Positions 27,495-39,130 of a stretch of DNA of 64,000 nt are shown here, piece by piece. Within the stretch, counting starts at the first letter, position 1; each line of letters starts with the position of its first letter. The stretch comes from the human T2T-CHM13v2.0 reference genome, Homo sapiens. A program made the translations under genes and the position numbers. The notes beneath the pieces are model-generated. The model was not told the origin of the DNA and did no database searches. It worked only from the letters and a program-made list of their open reading frames with translations. The DNA is taken from the NCBI RefSeq assembly GCF_009914755.1, contig NC_060937.1; one strand, given 5' to 3'.

Positions 27495-27524
27495 CCATAA
27501 CCCTAACCCTAACCCTAATCTTAA
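27495..27524. repeat. Short telomere-like (CCCTAA)n tract
   Basis: CCATAA (CCCTAA)3 TCTTAA, all in register. Confidence 0.75.
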
Positions 27525-27914
27525 TGTTGTCATTTGGCTTCATTAAACCATTAGAGAATTGAGAATTTTTATCCTTACCTGAATTTTAATGTGTGCATAT
27601 AAAATTTGGCATCTATAAATAGGACATGAATGGAATGTGAGACAAAATTTGTAGTTGTTGTTAAATTAGTCTTCAATAGCTTTCCATATATTTTTGTGCT
27701 CTCTTCTTCTCAATGAAGAACAAAGCCTAGCATCCTACAAAGTCTTTCCTATTCTCAGACCAGCTTAATCCCAAGATTTTGGGGAGCACTCATTTTACTC
27801 CAGAGGCTTGATGTGGTAGACATTTGTTTATTTGTTTATCTTATTTCTCCAAGACATGAAAATTCATGTAAAATTATAATTTTATAATTCATATAAAACT
27901 GTGTAATTTTTGTA

Positions 27915-28357
27915 TGAATTTTGACTTCTGCAGATACAGCTAAATAAAACCACCCCTCCCACCCTAATGAGAAAAAGCTAATAATCTACAAACTTATAAT
28001 TTCTATGACTTCTCTTGATGTTAAATATATTTTAATATACTTATTATAAATAATAAGATTTTTGTTAAATGAATAAAAATAATCTAACTCTAGACATGTA
28101 GAAGAATGTTTTACTAAGTATGAGTTTTTGTGATAGGGTAGACATGTACCCTGGTGGAAGTCTCTGATTATTTGTAAAATAATTTGCAATTTACATTCTC
28201 TTTCATTTTCAAAAGATAGAGTAATTATGTGGTGATTTTCCCATTTATGTGTAAAGGTACTGAAGTACAATTCAATCAAAATCATATATAAAAATTCTGA
28301 ATGAATTATGATGTTTTATATTGATAACATTTGACAAAACAAAATGAAACCTGAGAT
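27915..28357 (-). repeat. Inverted duplication, right arm (443 bp)
   Basis: Reverse complement of 22821-23269; flanked by TAATTTTTGTAT on both sides. Confidence 0.97.
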
Positions 28358-28493
28358 AATTTTTGTATTTTTAGTAGAGACAGGGTTTCACAAAGTTGGC
28401 CAGGGTGATCTTGAATTCCTGTCCTCAAGTGATCCACTCACCTTGGCCTCCCAAAGTGCTGGGATTACAGGCATGAGCCACTGCGCCCAGACT
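28357..28493 (-). mobile_element. AluS-like left monomer only (right monomer and tail missing)
   Basis: Begins at the linker TAATTTTTGTATTTTTAGTAGAGAC directly after the duplicated arm. Confidence 0.9.
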
Positions 28494-28497
28494 GTTC

Positions 28498-28785
28498 ATT
28501 TGTTTTTAAGATAGGCTTTTGCTCTGTCACCAGGCTGGAGTTCAGTGGCACTATCACGTCTCGCTGCAGCCCTTCCTGGGCTGAAGTGATTCTCCTATCT
28601 CAGCCTCCAGAGTAGCTGGCACTATGAGCATGAACCATCATGCCTGGCTAATTTTTTAAATTTTTTGTAGAGACAGGTCCTTCTATGTTGCCCAGACTGG
28701 TCTTGAACTCCTGGGTTTAAGCAGTCCTCCTGCCTCTGCCTCCTAACGTGCTGGGATTACAGGCATGAGATACCACACCAGATCT
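28498..28785 (-). mobile_element. AluJ-like element
   Basis: Diverged dimer adjoining the L1 ORF2 sequence. Confidence 0.88.
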
Positions 28786-29365
28786 TAAATTAATTTTTGT
28801 GTATGTGAATAAGTAGGTTTCCAGCTTCAATCTTCTGCATCTGGCTAGGCAGTTATCCCAGTGCCATTTATTGAATAGGAAGTCCTTTCCCATTGCTTTT
28901 TTTTTTTTTTTTTTTTTTTTTTGCTGCCTTGTTGAAGATGAGGTTTTTGTAGGTATACAGCTTTTTTTCTGAATTCTCTACTGTGTTCCATTGGCCTATG
29001 TGTTTGTTTTTCACCCTTTCCATGATGTTTTTATTACTGTAGCTTTATAGTATAGTTTGAAATCAGGCAGTGTGATGCCTCTGGCTTTCTTCATTTTGCA
29101 TAGGATTGCTTTGGCTATTTGGATTTTTTTTTTCTATATGAATTTCAGGATAGATTTTTTAATTCTGTGAAGAATGATGTTGGCAGTTTGATAAGATAGC
29201 ATTGACACTGTAAATTGCTTTGGACAGTATGATCATTTTTATAATATTGATTCTTCCAATCCATAAGCTTGGAATATTTTCCCATTTATTGTGTCATCTC
29301 TGATTTTTTTCAGTAGTGTTTTGTAGATCTCCTTGTAGAGATCTTTCACTCCCTGATTAGCTGTA

Positions 29366-29718
29366 TAATATGGTTTGGCTCTGTGTCCCCACTCAAATCT
29401 CATCTCAAATCATAATCCCCACATGTCAAGGGAGGGACCTGGTGGGAGGTGACCAGATCATGGGGGCAGTTTACCCCATTCTAGTCTCATGACAGTGAGT
29501 GAGTTCTCATGAGATCTGATGGTTTAAAAGTGGTTCTTTCCCCTTCTCTCTCTCTCCTGCTGCCATGTAAGATGTGCCTTGCTTCTCTTTCCACTTCTGC
29601 CATAATTGGAAGTTTCCTGAGACCTCCCCAGTCATGTCGAACTGTAAATTAATTAAATCTCTTTTGTTTATATAGTCTCAGGCAGTTTTTTATAGCAGTG
29701 TGAAAACGGACTAATACA
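29366..29718 (+). mobile_element. Solo LTR, THE1/MSTA family (ERVL-MaLR), nested in the L1
   Basis: TAATATGGTTTGGCTCTGTGTCCCC...GGACTAATACA; perfect 5-bp TSD CTGTA. Confidence 0.92.
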
Positions 29719-31612
29719 CTGTATTTCTAGGTATTTCATCTTCTTGTGGCTATTGTAGTAGGATTGTGTTGTTGATTTCACTCCAGCCTGAACATTGTTG
29801 GTGAAGAGAAATACTACTGACTATGTACATGGATTTTATACCTTGAAACTTTACTAAAGTCATTTATCAGTTCTAGAAGTTTTTTTGTCAAGGCCTTTAG
29901 GGTTTTCTATGTGTAGAATCATATAATCAGTGATGACAAATAGTTTGACTTATTTTCCTATTTGGATGCCTTTTATTTCTTTCTCTTGCCTGATTGCTCT
30001 GGTTAGGACTACCAGTACTATGTTGAATAGTAGTGGTGATATTGGGTATCCTTGTTTCGTTCCAGTTCTGGAAGGAGATGGGTCCAGGTTTTGCCCAGTT
30101 CTGAAGGGAAATGGGTCCAGCTTTTGCCCATTCAGTATGATGATGGCTGTGGGTTTGTCATAGATCGTTCTTATTATTTTGATGTATGTTTATTCGATGC
30201 CTAGTCTATTGAGTGTTTTTATTATGAAGTGATGTTGGATTTTATCTGAAGCTTTTTCTGTGTTTCTTGAGATGATTACATGATTTTTGTTTTCAATTCT
30301 GTTTGTTAGGTGAATTTATTGATTTGCATATATTTAGCCAGCCTTAAATCCCAGAAAGAAAGCCAACTTGATCATGGTATATTAACTTGTTTATTGTGCT
30401 GCTGGATTCAGTTTGCTAATATTTTTGCTGAGAATTTTTGCATCCATGCTCAGGAGTGATACTGGCCTAAAGTTTTCTTTTTTCATTGTGTCTCTGCAAG
30501 ATTTTGGTATCAGGCTAACACTGGCTTCATAGAATGAATTAGGAAGGAGCTCCTCCTCCTTGATTTTTTAGGAATAATTTTCATAGGATTAGTACCAATT
30601 CTTTGTTATGTCCAGTAGAATTCAGCTGTGAATCCATTTGGTCCAGGGCTTTTTTTTTTTTTTTTTTTTTTGGTTGGTAGGTTCTTTATTACTGACTTAA
30701 TTTCAGAAGTTGATTTTGGTCTATTCAGGGTTTCAGTCTCTTCCTGATTCAATCGTGGGAGATTTTGTGCTACCAAGAATATATCCATTGCCTTTACATG
30801 CTCCAATTTGTGTGCATAGAGTTGTTCATAGTAGCCTCTGAGGGTCTTTTGTATTTCTGTGGGATCAATGGTAATATCACCTTTGTCATTTCTGATTGTG
30901 CCTATTTGTATTTCCCCTTTCCTTTTCTTTGTTAATCCAGCTAGTACTTTATAAATCTTATTTATTTTTTTAAAGAACAAACTCTTGGTTTCTATTGATC
31001 TTTTGTGTGGATTTTTGCATCTCAATTTAATAAGCTTTCTCTAATTTTAGTCATTTCTTCTGCTATCTTTAGGGTAGGGTTGTTCCTTTTTTAAAAATTC
31101 TTTTAGGTGAAAAGTTAGATTGTTAATTTGAAATCTATTTAACTTAATAATGGAGGCATTTAGGGCTTAACACTCTTTTGGCTCCAACCTACTAATTTTG
31201 GCAAGTTGTGTCCCTATTTTTATTAACTTCAAAGAATTTTTTGATTTCTGCCTTAATTTTGATGTTCACCCAGGAGTTATTCAGGAGTAAATTGTTTAAT
31301 TTCCATATATTTGTGTAGTTTTGAGAGATTTTCTTAGTATTGATTTCTATTTTTATTGCACTGTGCTCTGAGAATGTATTTAGTATGATTTCAATATTTT
31401 TGAATTTATTAATGCTTGCTTTATGACTGAGCATGTGGTTGATCTTAGAAGATGTTTTGTGGGCAGATGAGAAGAATGTATATTCTGTGATTTTTGGGTG
31501 GTGTGTTCTATAGATGTCTATTAGGTCCAATTGGTCAAGTGTTAAGTCCAGAGTTTATTTGTTAATTTTTAGCCATGATGATATGACTAATGCTGTCAGT
31601 GAGGTGTTGAAG

Positions 31613-31790
31613 TCTCCCACTATATATATATTATATCCCACTAAATATATATTATATCTATATATTATATCAATATATACTAAATATGTATCCCACCATA
31701 TATTATATCAATATATATTATATATATTAATATAATATATAATATATATTGATATTATATATAATATATATATTATATATACATAAAATA
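31613..31790. repeat. AT-rich minisatellite-like tract inside L1 ORF2
   Basis: TA-rich units containing three TCCCAC(T/C)A copies. Confidence 0.85.
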
Positions 31791-34601
31791 AAGTTTCTTG
31801 TTGAATTGTACCTTTTATCATTGTGTTATGCCCTCTATTGTCCTTTTAAATTTTTATTGGTTTGAAATCTGTTTTGTCTGATACAAGAGTAGCAATTCCT
31901 GCTCTTTTTTGTTTTCTGTTTGTGTGGTAAATCTTACTCTATACTTTTACTTTGAGCCTGTGGTGCCATTACATCTGAGATGCGTCTCTTAAAGACAACA
32001 AATGATTAGGTCTTCACTTTTTATCCAGACTGTCATTCGGTCTTTTAAGTGAAGTGTTTAGGCCATTTACATTCAAAGTTGTTATGGATACTTGTGTTTT
32101 TGACCCTGTCATCAGGTTGTTAGCTGGTCCTTACATAGATTTGATTGTGTAGTTGCTTTATAGTGGCTGTGGGCTATATGCTTAAGTGTGCTTTTGTGGT
32201 AGCAGTTGTCTTCTTTCAAATCTATATTTAGCCCTCCTTAAGGATCTCTTGTTGTAAGGATGGTCTAGTTCCATCAGCATTTTGTCTGAGAAAGATTTTT
32301 ATTTCTCCTTCACCTATGAAGCTTAGATTGGTGGCTACAAAATTTTTGGTTGGAATTTCTTTTCTTTAGGGATGCTGAATAAAGGTCTCCAATCTCTTCT
32401 GCTGAGACGTCTGCTGCTAGCCTAATGGGGTACCCTCTATAGGTGACTGGCCCCTTCTCTCTAATTGCCTTCAAGATTATTTCTTTTGCATTGCTCTTAG
32501 TGAATCTGATGACTATGTTCCTTGAGGATGGTCGATCTATAATATCTGGCTGGAGTTCTCTGTATTTCTTGGATTTACATGTTGACTTCTGTAGTGAAAT
32601 TAGGGAAGTTTTTGTGGACTGTAACCTCAAATATATTTTCCAAGTTGCTTTTTCTCTCTCCTCCTTTTTCAAGAATGTCAATGAGTTATAGATTTGTTCT
32701 CTTGTAAAATTCCATATTTATTGGAGGGTTTGTTTTCATTTTTCTTAATTCTTATTTTATTTTATTTTTTATTTTTATTATTATTATTATTTTCTCACCT
32801 AGTTGATTCCAAGAACCGGTCTTTGAGCTCTGAGATTCTTTCCTCAGCTTAGTCTAGTCTGCTGTTAATACTTCTGAATGTATTATGTGATTATTGTAGT
32901 GAATTTTTCAGCTCAAAAATTTCAGCTTGTATCTTTCTTAAAATAGCTATTTTGTCTTTCAGCTCTTGAATCATTTTTCTGGATTGCTTGGCTTCCTTGG
33001 ATTAAATTTCAACTTTCTCTTGGGTCTCACTGAGCTTCCTGCCATCCAGACTCTGAATTCCATGTCTGTCATTTCAGGCATTTCAGACTGGTTAAGAACC
33101 ATTACTGTAAAGCTAATGGCCTTGTTTGGAAGTAAGCAGACACCTCCGTTTTGAATTGTCAGAGCTCTTGTGCTGATTCTCTCTCTTCTGTGAGGGGTGA
33201 TACTCTTTTAGTTGTGGTGTAGGTTGAGTATAGTCAGTTGGCTTCCTTACTGGAAGTTTTCAGAGGCAAAGGCTCTGTACAGGGTCTTTGTTTGTTGTGG
33301 CATTCTTGGCTTTGTTTTTGCTGTGAGTAGTATTAGTAGTGTTTTTCGTTGTTGTATAATATTTTGGACTGAAATCAAGTAGATGTTGTTTGAGAGCTTT
33401 GACATAGCCATAGAGTTCCCTTGTGTATTCTTTGCATTTGCAGCTGTGTTCTGTGGAGTGAGGGTGAGAGAAGTGACCCTATCACCAGGTCTGCTTATGG
33501 GCCTTGGGGGAACCACTTCTGATCATTGGCACCATGCCTGCTATTTTGTTGTTGTTTGTCTTTCAGTTGACTTTTGTTGTTATTTGTCTTTTGTTGATGT
33601 AGTCTTTCAAGCTGCAGGGCTCCTTTGGGGAGAAGTCCCTTAGGGAAATAGGCCACCCCCCATTGGACCATCCCTGTGGAAGGAGGCACATCTAGGTCCC
33701 AAACCAGCCTTTGAACCTGTGCCACTCTTCCCTCTCCATTTTCTGAGAATGTGGGCTCCTCCCCCATTCAGGTGCTAAGCACAGATCCCAGCTGGGCACT
33801 CTTGAACTGCAGGCCGCAGCCCTGGGACCAGGAGCTACTCATGGCTCTATCCTCCAGATGCCTGGCATTGGGCTCTGGATACAGCATGGGAACCCAAGTG
33901 CTTTCAGGCTGCCAGAATGCATTCAGGTGGAATAAAGCACCCAGGCTGGAGGCTGCACTGTGTACCTGCACTTCGGGATGGTTACTGGGGACTGGGGGTA
34001 AGAAAGGGCCCTGGGAGGGGTTGTTGGGTAGGCAGGACTTCAGGACAGATGAGCCCTATTCCTGTGGAGAAGCAGGTCCTGCATTCTCCCTGTTGGTTAG
34101 CTGGGCCCAGAACCTCTAGAGAAAGGCAGCCCTGGGGGATGGGCACTTATGGCCAGGCTTCGCAAGAGTCAGCCTTCACTCAAACGCTCAAACGTCCCCA
34201 GTTCTGCGCTTGCTGCAGCTCTGCCTCTAATCTTGGGGGGCATCCCCTGCAAACTCACACACTGGTGGGGGTGTGGGGTTCCCTGCAGCTAGAATCCCAA
34301 AGGTTCAAGGTGAGAGTAGGCAGTCCCCCAGTCCTTTTACACACCCTATCGGGAGGTGCCTTTCAGGGCTGGGAATCAACCACCGCCTTGGGGCATGCCA
34401 TGTGGTTTCCAGTTTCCTCCCTCTTTAGGCTCAATGTCTGCCTCTTCTCTGCATCCACATTTGGCATTTTCTCTTTGAAGATCTGTTCAAGCTATGTTGG
34501 TGTAGTCGAAATCATGATCTTTCTCTGTGGGAGTGGCACTTCATGGCTGCATCTAGTCTGTCATCTTGCCCAGATCCAACAGGTGGTCATTTTAATATAA
34601 C

Positions 34602-34892
34602 TTTTTTTTTTTTGAGACAGGGTCTCACTTTGTCACCCAGGCTGGTGTGCAGTGGCAAAAAACACGGCTCACTTCAGCCTCAACCCCCTAGGCTCAAACG
34701 ATTCTCCTGCATCAGCCCACAAGTAGCTGGGACTACAGGTGTGGCCACCATGCCTGGCTAATTTTTGTATGTTTTGTAGAGATAAGGTTTCAACCATGTT
34801 GCCCAGGTGTGTCTCAAACTCCTGAGTCAAGCCATCCACCAGTCTGGCCTTCCAAAGTGCTGGGATTAAGGCGTGAGCCACCTTACTGAGCC
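34602..34892 (-). mobile_element. AluJ-like element
   Basis: Dimer; TSD AATATAACTTTTT. Confidence 0.92.
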
Positions 34893-37746
34893 TAAATATA
34901 ACTTTTTATATTCTAAATATATGCTAACTTCAATCTTTTGTGTATATGATGCATTCTATATGAAAAATTTCAAAAGTGAGATTGTTCCTTGAAAAAATGT
35001 GGATAAATAACATCTTATATATCACATGCTCCTAATAACTCAAGTAAGTATATCAGGTTAGCGCTAAACAGAGAAATGAACAAATTACTATTAAAAAGCA
35101 GATATATAAGGCACATATTACTGTGAAGTTGAAACAAGCTCTCCGGTGATCCCTGGAGGCAGCTTTAGAAACAACTACCTGAAGATGAGGACATTTAGAG
35201 GGAATTCAATTCAATTTGGCCTAGTTTTCAACATTAATTCCTGAGAATTATATTACATGTAAGTTATGCTCTAGTGTGATGGTACCAAATAACTTCGGAA
35301 TTGAGTTTTCTATCTCTAGCACAATTTTGCTTAACACAGAATGTAAGTTATATATGTATATAATTGTAACATGCTTTGCTTTGGCTTATATGATTTATAG
35401 CGATTTAGAATGAAATACTCCTGCATATATATACACACATATACACACAGGCACAATTTGTTACTATGTCAGAATCAGTGGTTATTTCAGAAAGAAAATA
35501 TAGAAATATTTTCTTCTTCATGGCTTATGTATTTTAAAATGTGAGCATTATATAATATGCTCATTTTAAAACATTTTCTTTATGGTTTTTAAATTTCAAT
35601 ATTATCATTTTCATTCTTATCATAACCAACTGTAAGTATTTGTATAAAAAAGAGAGGTGAATAAAGGACTCTGTTTTTACATGTAACCATATAATTTTTC
35701 AAAGGACAACAATATTATTTTAAAAGTTGTTCTCTTGGTATAAGTTTGAAAGCAATTTGAATAGTTTTCATATCTCTAGAAAGCTACGGAAATCTTGTCC
35801 TTACCCAAACTAAAAGTAAAACACTTTATTTCAATGAATAGTTATTGATTCAAAGTATGCAAAACACCCTAATATAACTTTGTTTGCAATCAATTGGGAA
35901 GAATGAGGCTTATTCAAACTACTTTAATATTGTGAGTTGCCTAGACAGTTGAGATTACTTTGTAAAGATTTTAAAGAGTTTATGTCTAAAATTTGTTTGC
36001 TCATTCATCTCAAGATATTTTTTCATTATCTACTATATGGCATGTACTATGTTTGCTATTTGAGTTAAAATGCAGTGCAAACAAGACATAGACCCTTTCT
36101 TCAGGACGAACGAATAAGGACACAGTGATACTAAACTGCAACTACTACTTAGGAGAAGTACCTGATACCATAAACGTGTACTATGGGGGAAATGACTCAG
36201 CCAGGGAGATCTGGAAAAGCTGTCCCGAAAATATGATAACTGGATGACGATACAGCAGTCTAAAGTCAGATTATGAGTTAACTAAATTTTGGTGTGCAGG
36301 AAGAAGACAGATAATTCCTCCAGACTCACCTATGTGAGTGTCTAAGCCTAAGGGTATAAATACTTTGACATTTATGGAAGTAAATCGTTCTTTGTATTTT
36401 ATTGTATTTTTTAATTTAAAAAAATAGATTCCCTTAGTATACCTTCCATTAACATTTTGAGGCTTTTACATCTTTAAAGCTGACATATAAATAAAAGAAC
36501 TTATGGTTTTAATGCCCAAATATAATGAAATTACATACAAAATATCTCTCTATACAGTGTCTTGATCATTACACTGTTATCTTTGTAGAGATTTTAAAAC
36601 GTGTTTTTTTTTTTTAATCTTGCATATGGATCCTAGCAATTATCAAAAGATTCCCCTATTCCTTTCTAAATATTTGACTCACACCTAACACAGAATCCAG
36701 GGGAGCTGGGGTGTTAGAATATGCCACACTAACTCAACCCTACGCTCCCTGTTCTTTCTCTCTGTTAACCCACTGCTGTGATTGCAACAGGATGAAAAAG
36801 GGGAATGCATTATGAAGAGGCACAATAGTGATTCATTTATCATCTCAATTCCCTTTGCGTTAGCCCTGCCTCTGCTGATTTAGAGAGAGAAAAACTTGGG
36901 ATCAGAGCAAAGGTGAGAACCTCAGCCACACTGAAATTAAAAATTAAATTTAGAAATCTGGCCCAAGCCACAAAATGTAACAGCGTTTAAAGTTGTGAAT
37001 CAAGGAGAATTGCATGGCTCGCTAATGAAGAAGGAGAGGCTGTTAAAACAATAAAAGAATATAAGAAATAGGTGAGGGTTAATATATCCTGATTAATTCC
37101 TTCATAAAATATCTCAGAGGAAAACTGGAAGAAACTGGGGAAAGTTAGATGTAGAATAATTTTTAAAACATTCTGAATTTTAATGACTGTAACCAACATT
37201 CCCAGACTCCTTAGATACATGCTTTCCTCCCACCTCAATGAGTTAAGAAAACATAATATACATTATAATATATTTTTTTTAAGTGTACCTGTATGATACA
37301 AAGATAACTTTGGAGAAAATCATCTTGGCTTGCAAAAAATAAGGTTACGTTCCCTCCTTTTCCTCCTTCATTCCTCCTCACCCTCTTCCTTATACTATTA
37401 TTATTAGTATCACTGTGGTTATTACTGTTTGATTGTTCTGCTCAACTTTAATGCAAGGCAATTATGGAAGACTATGAAAATCAAATTATTAAATTTATTA
37501 AAATTAAATTATCACATTAAATTATTAATCCTAAATATTTAAACTGTGATAGGTTTGTTGGATCTTTTTTTTTTATAAAACTACTTGTAATATCTATGAT
37601 AAAGAAGGACCATTTATCTTTTAGCAATGGCAAAAGTGATTTATTTTCCACACGAGGTTAAAAGCTAACATTTAATTTCTCATTTGAAAATTTCCAGTGC
37701 TTTGGAAAATAAACATGCCTGACCTTAAAAATTTTTGCTTGTTTTA

Positions 37747-37749
<3 letters not shown>

Positions 37750-37786
<37 letters not shown>
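37750..37786. repeat. (TA)18 microsatellite
   Basis: Uninterrupted TA run. Confidence 0.97.
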
Positions 37787-37788
<2 letters not shown>

Positions 37789-38131
37789 TTTACTATATAT
37801 GTAAGAGCTCAGATATGTTTGTACAAAGATATGGCACAGCTATGCAAATATCAATTCACCATGTCTTTTACAAACATTCTACTAAATATTTTACAAAAAA
37901 AGCACCTTCCTCATTTCAAAAATATAAAGAATATTAAATATATAAAATAATTTCTTAAGATTCTATATTCAGAGTTTTACCTTTAAGTCATGGTAGACAG
38001 AGTGATCAAGAAATAATAAATAAAATATATTTGGCATAAACAAACAAAAAATTAACTTTATCAGGACAGGGAATAATTTTTAAATTCTCCTGGTCATGTT
38101 TTTAATCTATTTTTTGTTAAGAAGGAACTAT

Positions 38132-38266
38132 CCAGATGGTCCCTGACTTATGAGGTTTGATTTTATGATGGTGCAAATGTGATAGTCATATAATATGCTC
38201 CTTGACTTACAAAACAATTATGTCCAGATAAACCTAGCAGAAGTTGAGAAGTTGAGGAACATCTAT
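38132..38266. mobile_element. Short Tigger-derived MITE (MER47-like)
   Basis: Degenerate terminal inverted repeats CAGATGGTCCCTGACTT / AAGTTGAGGAACATCT. Confidence 0.55.
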
Positions 38267-38329
38267 ATATGAATACAATAATCACATTGTATTTTATGGG
38301 AAGCTAGTGTATATATCATAGTCTTAAAT

Positions 38330-39130
38330 TTATTCCTTCACCACATAAAATCCCTTCTTTTCTTCAAGTTTCTAAATGTTTGCCCAAGCCACAAGCCTCA
38401 TTGTATTTTCCTATTTCTCCTTTTCATTTCTCACATATAATTAATCATTATGGGTAATTAATTTTACTACCAAAAGCTGTTTACTGTCTTTTATCTTCAT
38501 CTTGCAATGTAGTACTGGCCATTATCTTCTACCTCTAAATTACTACAAGACTCTTTAAAATTGGTCTCTCTCCATTCATGAGTCCCTCTCAACAGTTCAT
38601 TTACTCTAGTGATAATTCAAAGAGATAAATTTGATCATGTATATTGTTCTGTTTAATACCACCTTGTGAGTTCCACATTTTCCTCAGATTTGAGTAGAAA
38701 CTCCTTAACAAGGCAGATGAGGCCATGTAGTTCTGCCCTTTCTCCCACCAATCTCATATCTCACCATATACCTTTTATGTGTTGTTTCCTCTGTGCTCTT
38801 TCATCCTGCCAATACCTTCTACACTTTTTTAATACTGCTTGGTTAATCCTCCTTCTTTAAACATCAACTTAGATGTTACCTCCTCCAAAGAACCTCCCTT
38901 GAATTACTAGGGCATTAAGTATCCCTCCTAAATAGTATCATGCTAACTAGGAATAGTAAAATTGCGATATATAGTATACAGAATTGTGATTGTTTACTTA
39001 ATTAATTTTCCCCTAATTAAATTTTAGGCATCTTGGAGTAAGAATTATGGCTTTCATCTACATATCCTTGGAAGCTAGAGCAGGGTATAAACTGATAGTA
39101 TAAGTTATCAATTAAATTGCATTGATAGAA
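38330..39130 (+). mobile_element. Degraded L2 3' region
   Basis: CAACTTAGATGTTACCTCCTCCAAAGAACCTCCCTTGA and related L2 motifs. Confidence 0.5.

Larger units (their letters stand above)
28786..34578 (-). mobile_element. Old primate L1 (L1PA13-16/L1PB-like) with 5' UTR, ORF1 and most of ORF2; 3' end missing
   Basis: 5' start GGCAAGATGACAGACTAGATGCAGC; ORF1-like NIVIRFTK...RLAADVSAE; ORF2 pieces MDLIDIYRT and [12 protein letters not shown]; many stops and frameshifts. Confidence 0.9.

Noticed and set aside
22821-28357. Inverted arms as terminal repeats of a novel DNA transposon
   Set aside because: No TSD outside the pair, no transposase-like ORF in the spacer, the spacer holds old repeats such as L1MC, and the junctions fit a repair-derived duplication better
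33495-34600. ORFs up to 227 aa in GC-richer sequence
   Set aside because: They lie in the 5' UTR of the old L1 and have no recognisable protein features
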